Shown here in pieces: positions 45,622-54,558 of a DNA stretch of 64,000 nucleotides. Within the stretch, counting starts at the first letter, position 1. The number at the start of each line of letters is the position of its first letter. The notes beneath the pieces are model-generated. The model saw only the letters and a list, made by a program, of their open reading frames with translations. It was not told the DNA's origin and did not search any database. The position numbers and the translations under genes were made by a program. Origin of the DNA: Bacillota bacterium (lineage in GTDB: Bacteria > Sysuimicrobiota > Sysuimicrobiia > Sysuimicrobiales > Segetimicrobiaceae); the NCBI GenBank assembly GCA_021324975.1, contig JAJPIA010000085.1, forward strand, positions 58,006-122,005. Direction: 5' to 3'.

Positions 45622-46410
45622 TCAGCGCGCCCGGGCGAATGCTCCGAGCGGCGCGACCTCGATGCCGGCCGCCTCGAGCATGCCGCGGAGCCGCTGCACC
45701 GCGACCTGGGACGGTCCGTGATCGCCGTGGAGACAGATCGTGTCGACCTGCACTTCCACGGTCGCCCCCTCATCGGTCTGAAGCCGGCCGTCGCGTGACG
45801 CGGCGACGGCGCGCCGGCACATCGCCTCCGGATCGGTCAGCATGGCGCCCGCGCGTCGCCGGCTCACGAGGGTCCCGTCCGCGTTGTAGCCGCGGTCCAG
45901 GAAGAACTCGCGGGCGACGGCCATCCCCGCGGTGGTCGCGTGCGCGTAGAGGCGGGAGTGCGGCGTCGCGACGACCGCGAGCTCAGGGTCGACGCGCTTG
46001 ATCGCCGCCACGATGGCCTGGGCCGTGCCGTCGTCGACCTCGGCCACGTTGTACAGCGCGCCGTGCGGCTTGACGTGTTGCAGCCGCCCGCCGAAGGCCT
46101 CCACTATCCCCTTCACCGCGGCCACCTGATAGAGGACCATGTCTTCCACGTCGCGGGGTGCGAGGTCCATCCTCCGGCGGCCGAAGCCGACGAGGTCGGG
46201 GTAGCCCGGGTGCGCGCCGATCGCGACCTTATGCTCGCGCAGCAACTCGATGGTATTGCGGATCGTCGTCGGATCGCTCGCGTGGAACCCGCACGCGATG
46301 TGCGCGGACGTCAGGTATGGAACGATGTCGCGGTCGCGGCCCATGGGCCACGGCCCCAGCGATTCGCCCATGTCGGCCGCGATGTCGACCTGCCGCCGCG
46401 CTCCTGCCAT
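45622..46410 (-). CDS. pxpA: LamB/YcsF family 5-oxoprolinase subunit A
   Basis: 262-aa ORF with VDIAADMGE, SAHIACGFHASDP, GAHPGYPD and VKPHGALYN family blocks. Confidence 0.85.
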   Translation of the reverse strand: MAGARRQVDIAADMGESLGPWPMGRDRDIVPYLTSAHIACGFHASDPTTIRNTIELLREHKVAIGAHPGYPDLVGFGRRRMDLAPRDVEDMVLYQVAAVKGIVEAFGGRLQHVKPHGALYNVAEVDDGTAQAIVAAIKRVDPELAVVATPHSRLYAHATTAGMAVAREFFLDRGYNADGTLVSRRRAGAMLTDPEAMCRRAVAASRDGRLQTDEGATVEVQVDTICLHGDHGPSQVAVQRLRGMLEAAGIEVAPLGAFARAR

Positions 46411-46428
46411 CGTGCGCGCCCCCTTCCG

Positions 46429-47469
46429 CTACTTGATGATCACGAGACGCTTCGCGGCGAGCCGCGCCGCGTCCGCCGGTCTCGGAACGTGCGAGCGCTC
46501 CGGCACGTCGAGCGTGGGCTCCGCGCCGCCAAGCTCGGTCGAGAGGTACCTGAGCCCGTTGTCGTTGATCATCGTGACGATGGTGCGCAGCTCGGGTCGC
46601 GCGCGCGCGAGCTTGACGCACGCCGCGACGTTGCAGCCGGAGGAGATTCCGCAAAAGATGCCCTCATCCCGGGCGAGACGGCGTGCCATGGCGACGGCGT
46701 CGTCCGAGGACACGGTGATGACCCCGTCGACCCATTGGAGGTCCAGCACGTCGGGGATGAAGCCGTCCCCGATGCCCTCGATGCGATGCGGCCCCCAGCC
46801 GCGGCCGGACAGGATCGCGCACTCCTCGGGCTCCACAGCACAGCTCAGCACCTCGGGCCGGCGGCCCTTGAGGTACGAGCACACGCCGGTGAGCGTCCCG
46901 CCCGTGCCCTGCGCGGCCACAAAGGCGTCGAGCCGGCCCTCGGTCTGCTCCCAGATCTCCGGGCCGGTCGTCTCGGCATGCGCCCGCGCGTTGTCGGCGT
47001 TCGAAAACTGGCCGACCTCCCAGATGCGGTCGCCGTGCTCCCTGCGCAGCTCGCGCACCTTGTCGAGCACGAGATCCACGTCGCTTTCGCCGCCGGGCGT
47101 CAGCACGAGCTCCGCGCCGTAGGCTCGGATCGTCTGCTGGCGCTCCCGGCTCATCCCCTCCGGCATGACGATGATGACGCGGTAGCCGTTGGCTGCCCCC
47201 ACCATGGCCGTCGCGATGCCGGTGTTGCCCGTCGTTCCCTCGATGATGATCATGCCCGGGCGGAGCTCGCCGCGCCGCTCCGCCTCACGGACCAGAAACG
47301 GGAGAATGCGATCCTTGACGCTGCCGCTCGGCCCGAAGTACTCGAGCTTGCCGTAGATTGTGGCGGGAAGGTCGGCGACGACGCGCCGGAGGCGCACGAG
47401 CGGGGTCAGGCCTGCGGTGTCGAGGATCGAGCCGGCGGGCCGGCGCCGGCGGTCCCAGTCGATGCCCAT
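46429..47469 (-). CDS. PLP-dependent cysteine synthase / cystathionine beta-synthase family enzyme
   Basis: 346-aa ORF with PLP-lysine context GSVKDR, TTGNTGIA, and the GTGGTLTG phosphate loop. Confidence 0.85.
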   Translation of the reverse strand: MGIDWDRRRRPAGSILDTAGLTPLVRLRRVVADLPATIYGKLEYFGPSGSVKDRILPFLVREAERRGELRPGMIIIEGTTGNTGIATAMVGAANGYRVIIVMPEGMSRERQQTIRAYGAELVLTPGGESDVDLVLDKVRELRREHGDRIWEVGQFSNADNARAHAETTGPEIWEQTEGRLDAFVAAQGTGGTLTGVCSYLKGRRPEVLSCAVEPEECAILSGRGWGPHRIEGIGDGFIPDVLDLQWVDGVITVSSDDAVAMARRLARDEGIFCGISSGCNVAACVKLARARPELRTIVTMINDNGLRYLSTELGGAEPTLDVPERSHVPRPADAARLAAKRLVIIK

Positions 47470-47555
47470 ATCCCCCTCGTTCGCTCAGGCCAGGCCAGGT
47501 CCTCCGCGAGACGAGTCGGGCCCGTCAACCCTCGTCGCACATCCGACGCGAGGCA

Positions 47556-48458
47556 TTAGTGCAGGCGGGGATCCAACGCGTCCCGCAACCCGTCCCCGAA
47601 CATGTTGAACCCCATCACGCTCAAAAAGATCGCCGCGCCGGGGATCGTCGACACCCACCATGCCTGTTCGAGGTAGGTGCGCCCTTCGGCCACCATCGCG
47701 CCCCACTCCGGCGTCGGCGGCTGAACCCCGAGCCCGAGGAAGCTCAGGCCCACGCCCGCCAGGATGGCCGTCCCGAGGCGCAGGGTCAGCAGCACCACGA
47801 CGGGGGCCAGGACGTTCGGCAGCACATGTGCCCGTACGATGTGCGTCGCGGTGCCGCCGACCGCGCGCGCCACCTCCACGTAGGTTTCCTCCTTGACCGC
47901 GAGCACGTTTCCCCGGACGAGACGGCACACGCCCGGCACCCCGGAGATGCCGATCGCCAGCATGACGTTTTGCAGCCCCGTGCCGAGGATGGCGACGATC
48001 CCGATGGCGAGCAGCAACTCGGGAAAGGCCAGCCACACGTCGATGATGCGCATGATCAGGTCGTCGATGCGACCCCCGGCATAGCCGGCGGCGACGCCCA
48101 GCGGCAGCCCGACGACACACGAGACGATCACCGCCACGGCGCCGACGACGAGCGAGATGCGCCCGCCGTAGGCCACGCGGCTCAGGACATCCCGTCCGTA
48201 TGAATCGGTTCCCAGGGGGTACGCGGCCGACGGCGGCACTAACCGGGCGCCAAAGTGCGGTTCGGCCGGATCGTAGTGCGCCACGTACGGCGCGAGGAGC
48301 GCGAGCAGCAGGAGACCCGCAATGAGCATGATCCCGAGCATCGCGCCGCGGTGCCGCGCGACGCGGCGGAGGCCGATGGCCCCGTGCGACAGCGTGCGGG
48401 CCGGACGGGCCGCCGTGCGGTCCTCAGGTGTAGCGGATTCGCGGGTCGACGAGAGCAT
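47556..48458 (-). CDS. Dpp/Opp-type ABC transporter permease (DppC-like, second system)
   Basis: 300-aa ORF that is hydrophobic with the EAA-loop region (YVEVARAVGGTATHIVRAHVLPN). It overlaps the upstream permease by 35 nt, so the true start may be internal. Confidence 0.82.
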   Translation of the reverse strand: MLSSTRESATPEDRTAARPARTLSHGAIGLRRVARHRGAMLGIMLIAGLLLLALLAPYVAHYDPAEPHFGARLVPPSAAYPLGTDSYGRDVLSRVAYGGRISLVVGAVAVIVSCVVGLPLGVAAGYAGGRIDDLIMRIIDVWLAFPELLLAIGIVAILGTGLQNVMLAIGISGVPGVCRLVRGNVLAVKEETYVEVARAVGGTATHIVRAHVLPNVLAPVVVLLTLRLGTAILAGVGLSFLGLGVQPPTPEWGAMVAEGRTYLEQAWWVSTIPGAAIFLSVMGFNMFGDGLRDALDPRLH

Positions 48459-49344
48459 ACAACAGATCGATCGCCAGGTTGACGGCGACGAAGATCGTCG
48501 CGGCGACCAGCACGATGCCCTGGATCATCGGGATGTCCCGGTTGAAGATGGCGTCGACGGCCAAGCGGCCGAGACCCGGCCAGCCGAAGACGGTCTCCAC
48601 GATCACCGCGCCGCCGAGCAACCCCGCGAACTGCAGGCCGATGATGGACAACACGGGAATGAGCGCGTTGCGGAGCCCGTGGCGGTACAGCACCCTCCAC
48701 TCACGCATCCCTTTGGCCCGCGCGGTCCGGATGAATTCCTGCCGCAGCACTTCCAGCAGGCTGCTCCGGCTGAGGCGCGCGATGATCGACGCGGCCGACG
48801 TGCCGAGGGTGACGGCGGGCAGGATGAGACTCCCGGGGGTGTCCGCGCCGGCCGCGGGCAGCCACCGCAGGTAGTACGAGAAAATCAGAATCAGCACCAG
48901 GCCGAACCAGAAGCTCGGCAGCGAGATCCCGGCGAGCGCGGCGACCATCGCGGCGTAGTCCGGCAGCCGCCGGTGCTGAATCGCGGCGATCATGCCGAGG
49001 ACCAGGCCGAGCGCGATCGCCACGAGCATGCTGGCCGCCGTGAGCTGGAGCGTGTACGGCAGCCGCAGGGCGATCTCGCCGGAGACGGGCCGGCCGGATC
49101 TGATCGACCGGCCGAAGTCTCCGTGCAGCGCCCGCCACGCAAAGACGCCGTACTGCACGACGAGCGGCCGGTCCAGGCCGAGCGTGTGGCGCAGCGCCGC
49201 GGCCTGCGCCGGAGTGCCGTAGTCCTGCAGCATGACCTGCACCGGATCCCCCGGCACCAGGTGCACCATGAGAAACACCAGGACCGACACGCTCAGCAGG
49301 ACCGGCGCGAGCTGCAGCAGCCGCTGCGCAGCGTAGCGTTGCAT
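48424..49344 (-). CDS. Dpp/Opp-type ABC transporter permease (DppB-like, second system)
   Basis: 306-aa ORF with MQRYAAQRLLQLAPVLLSVSVLVFLMVHLVPGDP and EFIRTARAKGMREWRVLYRHGLRN. Confidence 0.88.
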   Translation of the reverse strand: MQRYAAQRLLQLAPVLLSVSVLVFLMVHLVPGDPVQVMLQDYGTPAQAAALRHTLGLDRPLVVQYGVFAWRALHGDFGRSIRSGRPVSGEIALRLPYTLQLTAASMLVAIALGLVLGMIAAIQHRRLPDYAAMVAALAGISLPSFWFGLVLILIFSYYLRWLPAAGADTPGSLILPAVTLGTSAASIIARLSRSSLLEVLRQEFIRTARAKGMREWRVLYRHGLRNALIPVLSIIGLQFAGLLGGAVIVETVFGWPGLGRLAVDAIFNRDIPMIQGIVLVAATIFVAVNLAIDLLYALVDPRIRYT

Positions 49345-49353
49345 CCGGTGGCG

Positions 49354-51015
49354 TTATTTCTGAATGTACACGTCGTTCGTCAGCAGATTCCCATACTTGT
49401 CGATGTAGAGATCACGGACCCACGGCTGTGCAAACGTGATCACGTACGGGCTCGCGAGCGGGATCCACGGCGCCTGCTCGAGCAGGGTCTCCTGCAGCTG
49501 GCGGTACACCTCGAGCCGCTTCGTGGGATCGACCGTCACCCGCCCCTCGTCCAACAGCCGGTCCACCGCCGGGTTGGAGAAGTGGACGCGGTTCGTGGTG
49601 GCCATCCGGCTGCTGTGGAAGAAGTAGTACAGGATGTCCGCGTCCGGCCAACCGTAGCTGATCAGGATGGCGTCGTGCTGTCCGCTCGGCGTCCGCGCGA
49701 GGAGCGTCGCCATCTCGATCTGCTCGATGTTCATCTGCACGCCGACCTGCTTGAGCTCGTTCTGCAGGACGACGCCGATCCGGACGTTCGTCTCGAGGGG
49801 AGGGGTCCATGCGCTGAATGCGAGGGGCCGGCCGTCCTTCTGCACGACGCCGTTGGCGCCGGGTTTCCAGCCCGCTTCCGCGAGCAGCCGGCGCGCTCGA
49901 TCCGGATCGTGGTGGTACGCGTTCTTCAGCCCCTTGGCATACCCCCAGATCGTCGGGGCGAGCGGGCTATCCATCGGGACGGCCAGCTTTTCCAGCGCGT
50001 AATCGACAACCTCGTCCCGGTTGACGGCCCACCCGAGAGCCTGCCGCACCCGCACGTCGGCGAAGATCGGCTTGGTCACGTTGAGACCGAGGTAGTAGCC
50101 GCCGTCGTTCGGCGTTCGAAACACCTGGTACTTGTTGGTCTGGATGAGCCGGCCCACGGACTGCGCCGGCGCCTGCCACAGGATGTCGAGGTCGCCCCGC
50201 TCGAACGCGATCACCCGCGTCGATTCATCGGGAATGATGCGCGCTACGGCTCCGTCGACGTACGGGGCGCCGCGGTTTTTGTAGAATTTCGGGGCCCACG
50301 CGTAGTCGGCGTAGCGATCCAACACGATCCGATCTCCGGGGATCCACTGCCGGAACTTGAACGGTCCCGCGCCCACCGGATTCTGTCCGTAGTTGGGCCC
50401 GAGCTTGGCGATCGCCGCCGGCGAGAGCATTGCCAGAAAGATGATGCGTAGGGACGAAAAGATCGGCGCGTACGGCTGCTTGAACACCAACCGTGCGGTC
50501 AAGTCGTCCGGGGTCTCGACGTGGTCGATCGGACCGATCCAGCTGGCGCCGGGCGCGGCGGTCTGCGGATCGACGAGCCGGGCGATCGTCGCCTGCACCG
50601 CGTGCGACGTAAACGGCGTGCCGTCGTGAAACTTGACGCCGGGGTGGAGCTTGAAGGTGATGACCTTGCCCCCCTCGCCGATCGCCCACGAGTCCGCCAG
50701 TTCGGGCAGAAAGGCGTCCGAGCTCCGATCCGCGGACACGAGCATGTTGTACAGGAGAAAATGCGACGGGTCCCCGGACGGCGTCTTCTGCGGGTCGAGC
50801 GACGGCGGATCTTGAGGGAGGGCCAGCGTGAGCGTGCCGCCGCGCCGCGGCGGACCCTGCGCCGCCGCGACAGCCTCCGGGTTTGCGAACCCCGACAGCC
50901 AGCCCGGTGCAGCCGCCCCCGCGCCCGCGACCGCCGCCCGGGTCAGCAGGCGGCGCCGTGTAATCCTTGTGTTGCAGCCGTCCCGGTCGCCCGCCTGGCT
51001 CGTTCGTGCCCTCAT
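49354..51015 (-). CDS. ABC transporter substrate-binding protein, family 5, Tat signal (second system)
   Basis: 553-aa ORF with a twin-arginine leader (ITRRRLLTRAAVAGAGAAA), SBP_bac_5 body and SD GGGGGAGGG upstream. Confidence 0.85.
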   Translation of the reverse strand: MRARTSQAGDRDGCNTRITRRRLLTRAAVAGAGAAAPGWLSGFANPEAVAAAQGPPRRGGTLTLALPQDPPSLDPQKTPSGDPSHFLLYNMLVSADRSSDAFLPELADSWAIGEGGKVITFKLHPGVKFHDGTPFTSHAVQATIARLVDPQTAAPGASWIGPIDHVETPDDLTARLVFKQPYAPIFSSLRIIFLAMLSPAAIAKLGPNYGQNPVGAGPFKFRQWIPGDRIVLDRYADYAWAPKFYKNRGAPYVDGAVARIIPDESTRVIAFERGDLDILWQAPAQSVGRLIQTNKYQVFRTPNDGGYYLGLNVTKPIFADVRVRQALGWAVNRDEVVDYALEKLAVPMDSPLAPTIWGYAKGLKNAYHHDPDRARRLLAEAGWKPGANGVVQKDGRPLAFSAWTPPLETNVRIGVVLQNELKQVGVQMNIEQIEMATLLARTPSGQHDAILISYGWPDADILYYFFHSSRMATTNRVHFSNPAVDRLLDEGRVTVDPTKRLEVYRQLQETLLEQAPWIPLASPYVITFAQPWVRDLYIDKYGNLLTNDVYIQK

Positions 51016-51072
51016 TCCGGTCTACCCTCCCCCGTTTCCGACTAGGCGCGTCCCGCTATACGAATAAATACG

Positions 51073-51267
51073 CTACCGCTTCGGTCTGAGATCCGCGCCA
51101 AACGACCTGCGCAGCATCCGGCCCGACGGCTTCTTGATCGCCGCGAGAGCCGGATCCCAGGGGAACGGGCCTGCCGGGGTGCCGGGACGCAACTGCTGGC
51201 TTACCAGCTCGATCTTCCGGGGTTTCGCGCTCCGCGTGCTTCCGCTCTGCCGTTGGTCCCTGCGCAT
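51073..51267 (-). CDS. Small basic protein (64 aa), hypothetical
   Basis: ATG preceded by a near-perfect SD (AAGGAGG, 5-nt spacer). GC3 is high in this frame. The protein is Arg/Lys-rich (MRRDQRQSGSTRSAKPRKIELV...RRSFGADLRPKR). No family was recognised. Confidence 0.5.
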   Translation of the reverse strand: MRRDQRQSGSTRSAKPRKIELVSQQLRPGTPAGPFPWDPALAAIKKPSGRMLRRSFGADLRPKR

Positions 51268-51410
51268 CTACGCCTCCTTGGGTCTCTGTTCGGGAGATCC
51301 GCGGTCCTTGCGGAGTTTCCCGCCGCGCTCCACGCCGCTCATGCGCACAACATTCTCACAATAGCATAGCGGCCCTCTCCGGCGCTCGGGTGCGAATCAA
51401 CTCGTCTAAG

Positions 51411-51466
51411 ATCTTACCGGGGCCCGGATCGTCAACTCACCGAAAATCTTACCCCCTCAGGGGATC
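51411..51466. repeat. Imperfect direct repeat ATCTTACC-N7/8-GGATC (two copies 35 nt apart), possible operator
   Basis: ATCTTACCGGGGCCCGGATC at 51411-51430 and ATCTTACCCCCTCAGGGGATC at 51446-51466, in the roughly 395-bp non-coding gap upstream of the small basic ORF. Each copy has an internal small palindrome. Confidence 0.3.
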
Positions 51467-51549
51467 ACCGGCCGCGGCACCGCGGCAGGCACGCCCGTTC
51501 ATTCGCATTCAGGCGGCGTGGCTTGGTGGCGCGCCGAGGAGGGAGCCGG

Positions 51550-51576
51550 TGAGCCCCGTCAATCCGACGGGGCTCA
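51550..51576 (-). terminator. Perfect 11-bp GC-rich hairpin downstream of the membrane-protein gene (terminator-like, no U-tract)
   Basis: TGAGCCCCGTC-AATCC-GACGGGGCTCA, about 90 nt downstream of the stop at 51663. No T-run follows on either strand, so terminator function is uncertain. Confidence 0.3.
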
Positions 51577-51662
51577 CGGAGGAGAGGGATGCGACCGTCC
51601 GTGGGCGCGACGTCAAACGCGCCGGCAACGGCCGAGCGGCCGCGCCGGCGGGGGGCGCCCGC

Positions 51663-52301
51663 CTAGATTCGTACGGGCAAGTACCGCAGGGTGACCAGCA
51701 AGGCGAGCCCGTTGACCGGCCAGCCGGCCACGGTGTTCACCACCAAAAACTGTCCCATCGACAGGTGCGTCAGCGCGACGTACAGGCCGGCCGACCTCGC
51801 GAGAAAGAGGACTCCCCAGAGCCACGTGAGCGACCACAAGGCCGCCTGCGCGGCCGGCGCCAACGAGACGCCCTCCCCTGCCAGCATGTGCCATCCCTGC
51901 ACGATCAGCGGCCTGCAGAACGCCACCGAGCCGAGAAGCAGCACAGCCCACATCACGTTTTCCACAATGCCCGCGCCGGCATAGACGAGCGGGTTGTGCG
52001 TGAACAGCGACGCTGCGCCTTGGGCGAGCGTCAAGAGCAGTCCGTAGACGAGAAACGGGTCCAGCATCTTGCGGCGGGCCAACTCGCAGGCCTGAAGCCC
52101 GGCGGTCCACCCGGCGGCGACCATCAGCGCGGGGATCAATCCCGCGGATCGCCAGACGCAGTAGAACAGCACCTGCGGGGCCAGCACGCCCAGGGCAAAC
52201 CGCGCCGGCAGGGACCGCACCGCGATGCGCGGTGACACCAACGCGCGCAAGGTATGACCGCTCCCCTGGTATCCGGCCGGGCGGCACGCTCTCCACATCA
52301 C
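51663..52301 (-). CDS. Multi-pass membrane protein, hypothetical
   Basis: 212-aa ORF with 5-6 hydrophobic helices. SD GGGGAGG lies upstream of the GTG/ATG start pair. No family was recognised. Confidence 0.6.
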   Translation of the reverse strand: MMWRACRPAGYQGSGHTLRALVSPRIAVRSLPARFALGVLAPQVLFYCVWRSAGLIPALMVAAGWTAGLQACELARRKMLDPFLVYGLLLTLAQGAASLFTHNPLVYAGAGIVENVMWAVLLLGSVAFCRPLIVQGWHMLAGEGVSLAPAAQAALWSLTWLWGVLFLARSAGLYVALTHLSMGQFLVVNTVAGWPVNGLALLVTLRYLPVRI

Positions 52302-52511
52302 ACAACGCCTCCCCGTTGCAACTTCAACGGGTAGTCGAACGGCGGCGTCGGAAATCGACGCAGCGGCGCCTCACGTTGCGCCGTGAATGGTTAATCGGTT
52401 TGGCTGAACTGTGCGCCGTGGACTCTCCCCCAACGCGTGAATACCCTGAATGACCGATTCCAGGACCTGACGAGGGGACCGCGCCGGCGGGGCGGAGCGG
52501 CGCTGGGGATC

Positions 52512-53801
52512 TTAGGCTGACAGCGCTTCTCTAAAGAACGCGAGGACTTTCGGCCAGGAATCGGCGGCCGCGGCGGCGTTGTCTCTGGGGTTGCCGCCAA
52601 ACGCCAGCGAACGCCCGGCGAGCGGGTGCAGCGATGCCGTCACCGTGGCGGGCAGCCCGGGCTGGCCGATGATGTGACCGGCGCCGTCGTACGATAGATG
52701 CTCACAGGCGAACCGATGATGGTGCTCCGCGAGCCGCTGCATCGCAATCTCGGCAAGCACGGGCGACGGCCACATCTGATCGTCGCGCCCCGAGATCAGC
52801 AGGACCGGCCCGTTGATCCGCTCGACCGGAATCTCGGCGGCCTGGACCGCGGCCCGATCCTCGAGCGCGCGCAAGAACAACGGCGTGAGTGCGAGCGGCT
52901 CCGGCGACGTCGGCGGTTCTTGCATCCGGCTCGCATCTCGCGAGGCGATGAACGGCACCGCCTGGCCCTTGTACGTCCACGCGGGGCGGCGCCGGGTTTC
53001 CCGGAGGCCGCCTCCCGAGATGCCCGCATGAACCACCCCGCTCGGCACGTAGCCCACGACCGCCCGGAATTCCGCAAACGTCGCGCCGAGCAGCAGCGCG
53101 AGCTCGCCGCCACGAGAAGTGCCCATCACGCCGACCGGCCGTCCCGCCACAGCCGGATGAGCCTGCAGCCAGCGGATCGCGGTTTCGAAATACTCGAGCG
53201 GGATCTCCGCGAGCGCTTCGGGAAGGTGCTCGGCGCGAAAGTACGCGAGCGCGAGACCGACAAACCCGTGGGACGCCAGGAGCGCCGCGCTGCCTTCCGG
53301 CACGCCGCCGCCGGAGCCGGGAACGACGATGATGGCAGGGCGCGGCCCTGCGCCGGCCGGGCGAAAGAGGCTCGCAACGAGGCCGTTGTCGCGGACGACG
53401 GTTCGGGACACTCCCGGCCCGGCGAACCGGCGGGTGATCCCGACCGCGACCGGCCGTGTCGCATCGGATTCTGCGATGAACTCGGTCTCGAGCGGCGAGG
53501 CGTTCTGCCACCCTCCGCCGGGCTGTCCTTCCACCAACCGCATGGACCACAGGAGTCCGCGGGCGTCAGCGGCGTCGTACGTGCCGGCCGTGGGGCGCTG
53601 CGCCGCGGCGTCGATTACACCATCCCGGTCGGCCTCAAACGTCGCGTGCGATTCCCATCGGCGGCTGAGCCCGTCTCGCATCCGCGCGCGGAGCGTAACA
53701 CGCTGGCCGGGGCGCAGCCGGGAGACCACGATGCCGAGCGGCTCGTCGACCAGCGCCGCAGCGGGCGTGACGGCGAGCCGCATTCCGGTGGGGTCGGTCA
53801 C
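52512..53801 (-). CDS. Acyl-CoA thioesterase / BAAT (bile acid-CoA:amino acid N-acyltransferase) family alpha/beta hydrolase
   Basis: 429-aa ORF with an N-terminal beta-sandwich-like region, then the hydrolase domain with nucleophile elbow GTSRGG and C-terminal DDQMWPS...GAGH. The start is uncertain (GTG 53801 or ATG 53783). Confidence 0.7.
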   Translation of the reverse strand: MTDPTGMRLAVTPAAALVDEPLGIVVSRLRPGQRVTLRARMRDGLSRRWESHATFEADRDGVIDAAAQRPTAGTYDAADARGLLWSMRLVEGQPGGGWQNASPLETEFIAESDATRPVAVGITRRFAGPGVSRTVVRDNGLVASLFRPAGAGPRPAIIVVPGSGGGVPEGSAALLASHGFVGLALAYFRAEHLPEALAEIPLEYFETAIRWLQAHPAVAGRPVGVMGTSRGGELALLLGATFAEFRAVVGYVPSGVVHAGISGGGLRETRRRPAWTYKGQAVPFIASRDASRMQEPPTSPEPLALTPLFLRALEDRAAVQAAEIPVERINGPVLLISGRDDQMWPSPVLAEIAMQRLAEHHHRFACEHLSYDGAGHIIGQPGLPATVTASLHPLAGRSLAFGGNPRDNAAAAADSWPKVLAFFREALSA

Positions 53802-53834
53802 GGCTGCGAGTATACCAGGTGTGTGTAACTCGAT

Positions 53835-53992
53835 TTAGGCCCTGGCTGCGTCCTCGGAGAGCACGTGCATGAACGCCTCCACGACGGCCGGGTCGAAATG
53901 CCGCCCCCGTGTTCCGTGAGATGCTTCACGGCGCGATCCGCGGTCCACGCGCTTCGGTACGGACGGTCCGACGTAAGGGCTACTCGAGCCAC
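53835..53992 (-). pseudogene. Remnant of the C-terminal end of an HD-GYP/HD-domain protein (truncated and frameshifted)
   Basis: ORF 53798..53992 encodes ALTSDRPYRSAWTADRAVKHLTEHGG. After a shift at the G/C run near 53901-53908, the adjacent frame reads RHFDPAVVEAFMHVLSEDAARA-stop (TAA 53837..53835). Together these form a typical HD-GYP C-terminus (SxRPYR...FDP.VV.AF). A stop lies immediately upstream, so the catalytic HD part is absent. Confidence 0.6.
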
Positions 53993-54519
53993 TCACCCTG
54001 CCGCATGATGTCGCGGTCCCGGAGCTCGTTGGCCTCGCGCCACGCCTGGATCTCGCGAGGGGTGAGCCGCAGGTAAACGTAGCTTTCCATCAAACGTCTC
54101 GGGTCGAACCCGGTCGCCCGAGCGAACCCGTCCTCGAGCGCCGCATCGGCGCCCATCGCGACGACTTCCACGGCTCCCTCGATGATGACGACATCCCTGG
54201 TCGGTCCAAGCGCCACGCGCGCCCAACGGGCGCGGATGAGGTTCCGGACGGTGCGGCTTGCCTGCGGCGTCGAGAGGATCAGCGCCCGGCCGTCCCAGTA
54301 GTAGGAAAACGGGACGAGGTGTGCGCGTCCGTTCCCATCCGCGGTGGCGACCCAGAGGTCGCCTCCTCCTCGCAACTTCTCGACCACCTCTACCACCTCA
54401 TGAAGGTGGGCGGCAGCCTGTCCAATCGCAGCTCCTGCAACACGGGGTGACCCGATGGTCGCGCGCCCGTCCAGTCCCCCCAAAGAGGACTGGACGCGAT
54501 ATCCAAGACGTGACCACAC
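53980..54519 (-). CDS. Pyridoxamine 5'-phosphate oxidase (PPOX)-fold / F420- or FMN-binding family protein
   Basis: LWVATADGNGRAHLVPFSYYWDGRALILST...VALGPTRDVVIIEG fits the split-barrel PPOX family. The N-terminal 30-40 aa of the ORF look non-native, so the true start is probably internal (for example a GTG in HEVVEVV). Confidence 0.6.
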   Translation of the reverse strand: MWSRLGYRVQSSLGGLDGRATIGSPRVAGAAIGQAAAHLHEVVEVVEKLRGGGDLWVATADGNGRAHLVPFSYYWDGRALILSTPQASRTVRNLIRARWARVALGPTRDVVIIEGAVEVVAMGADAALEDGFARATGFDPRRLMESYVYLRLTPREIQAWREANELRDRDIMRQGEWLE

Positions 54520-54558
54520 ATATCCTTACGCGATGGCAGCAGACCAGCACGCTGCCCG

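Noticed and set aside
53783-53830. TATACT hexamer upstream of the BAAT-family gene, considered as a -10 promoter element.
   Set aside because: The best -35-like hexamer (GTTACA) is only 9 nt away, so the spacing is incompatible with a sigma-70 promoter.
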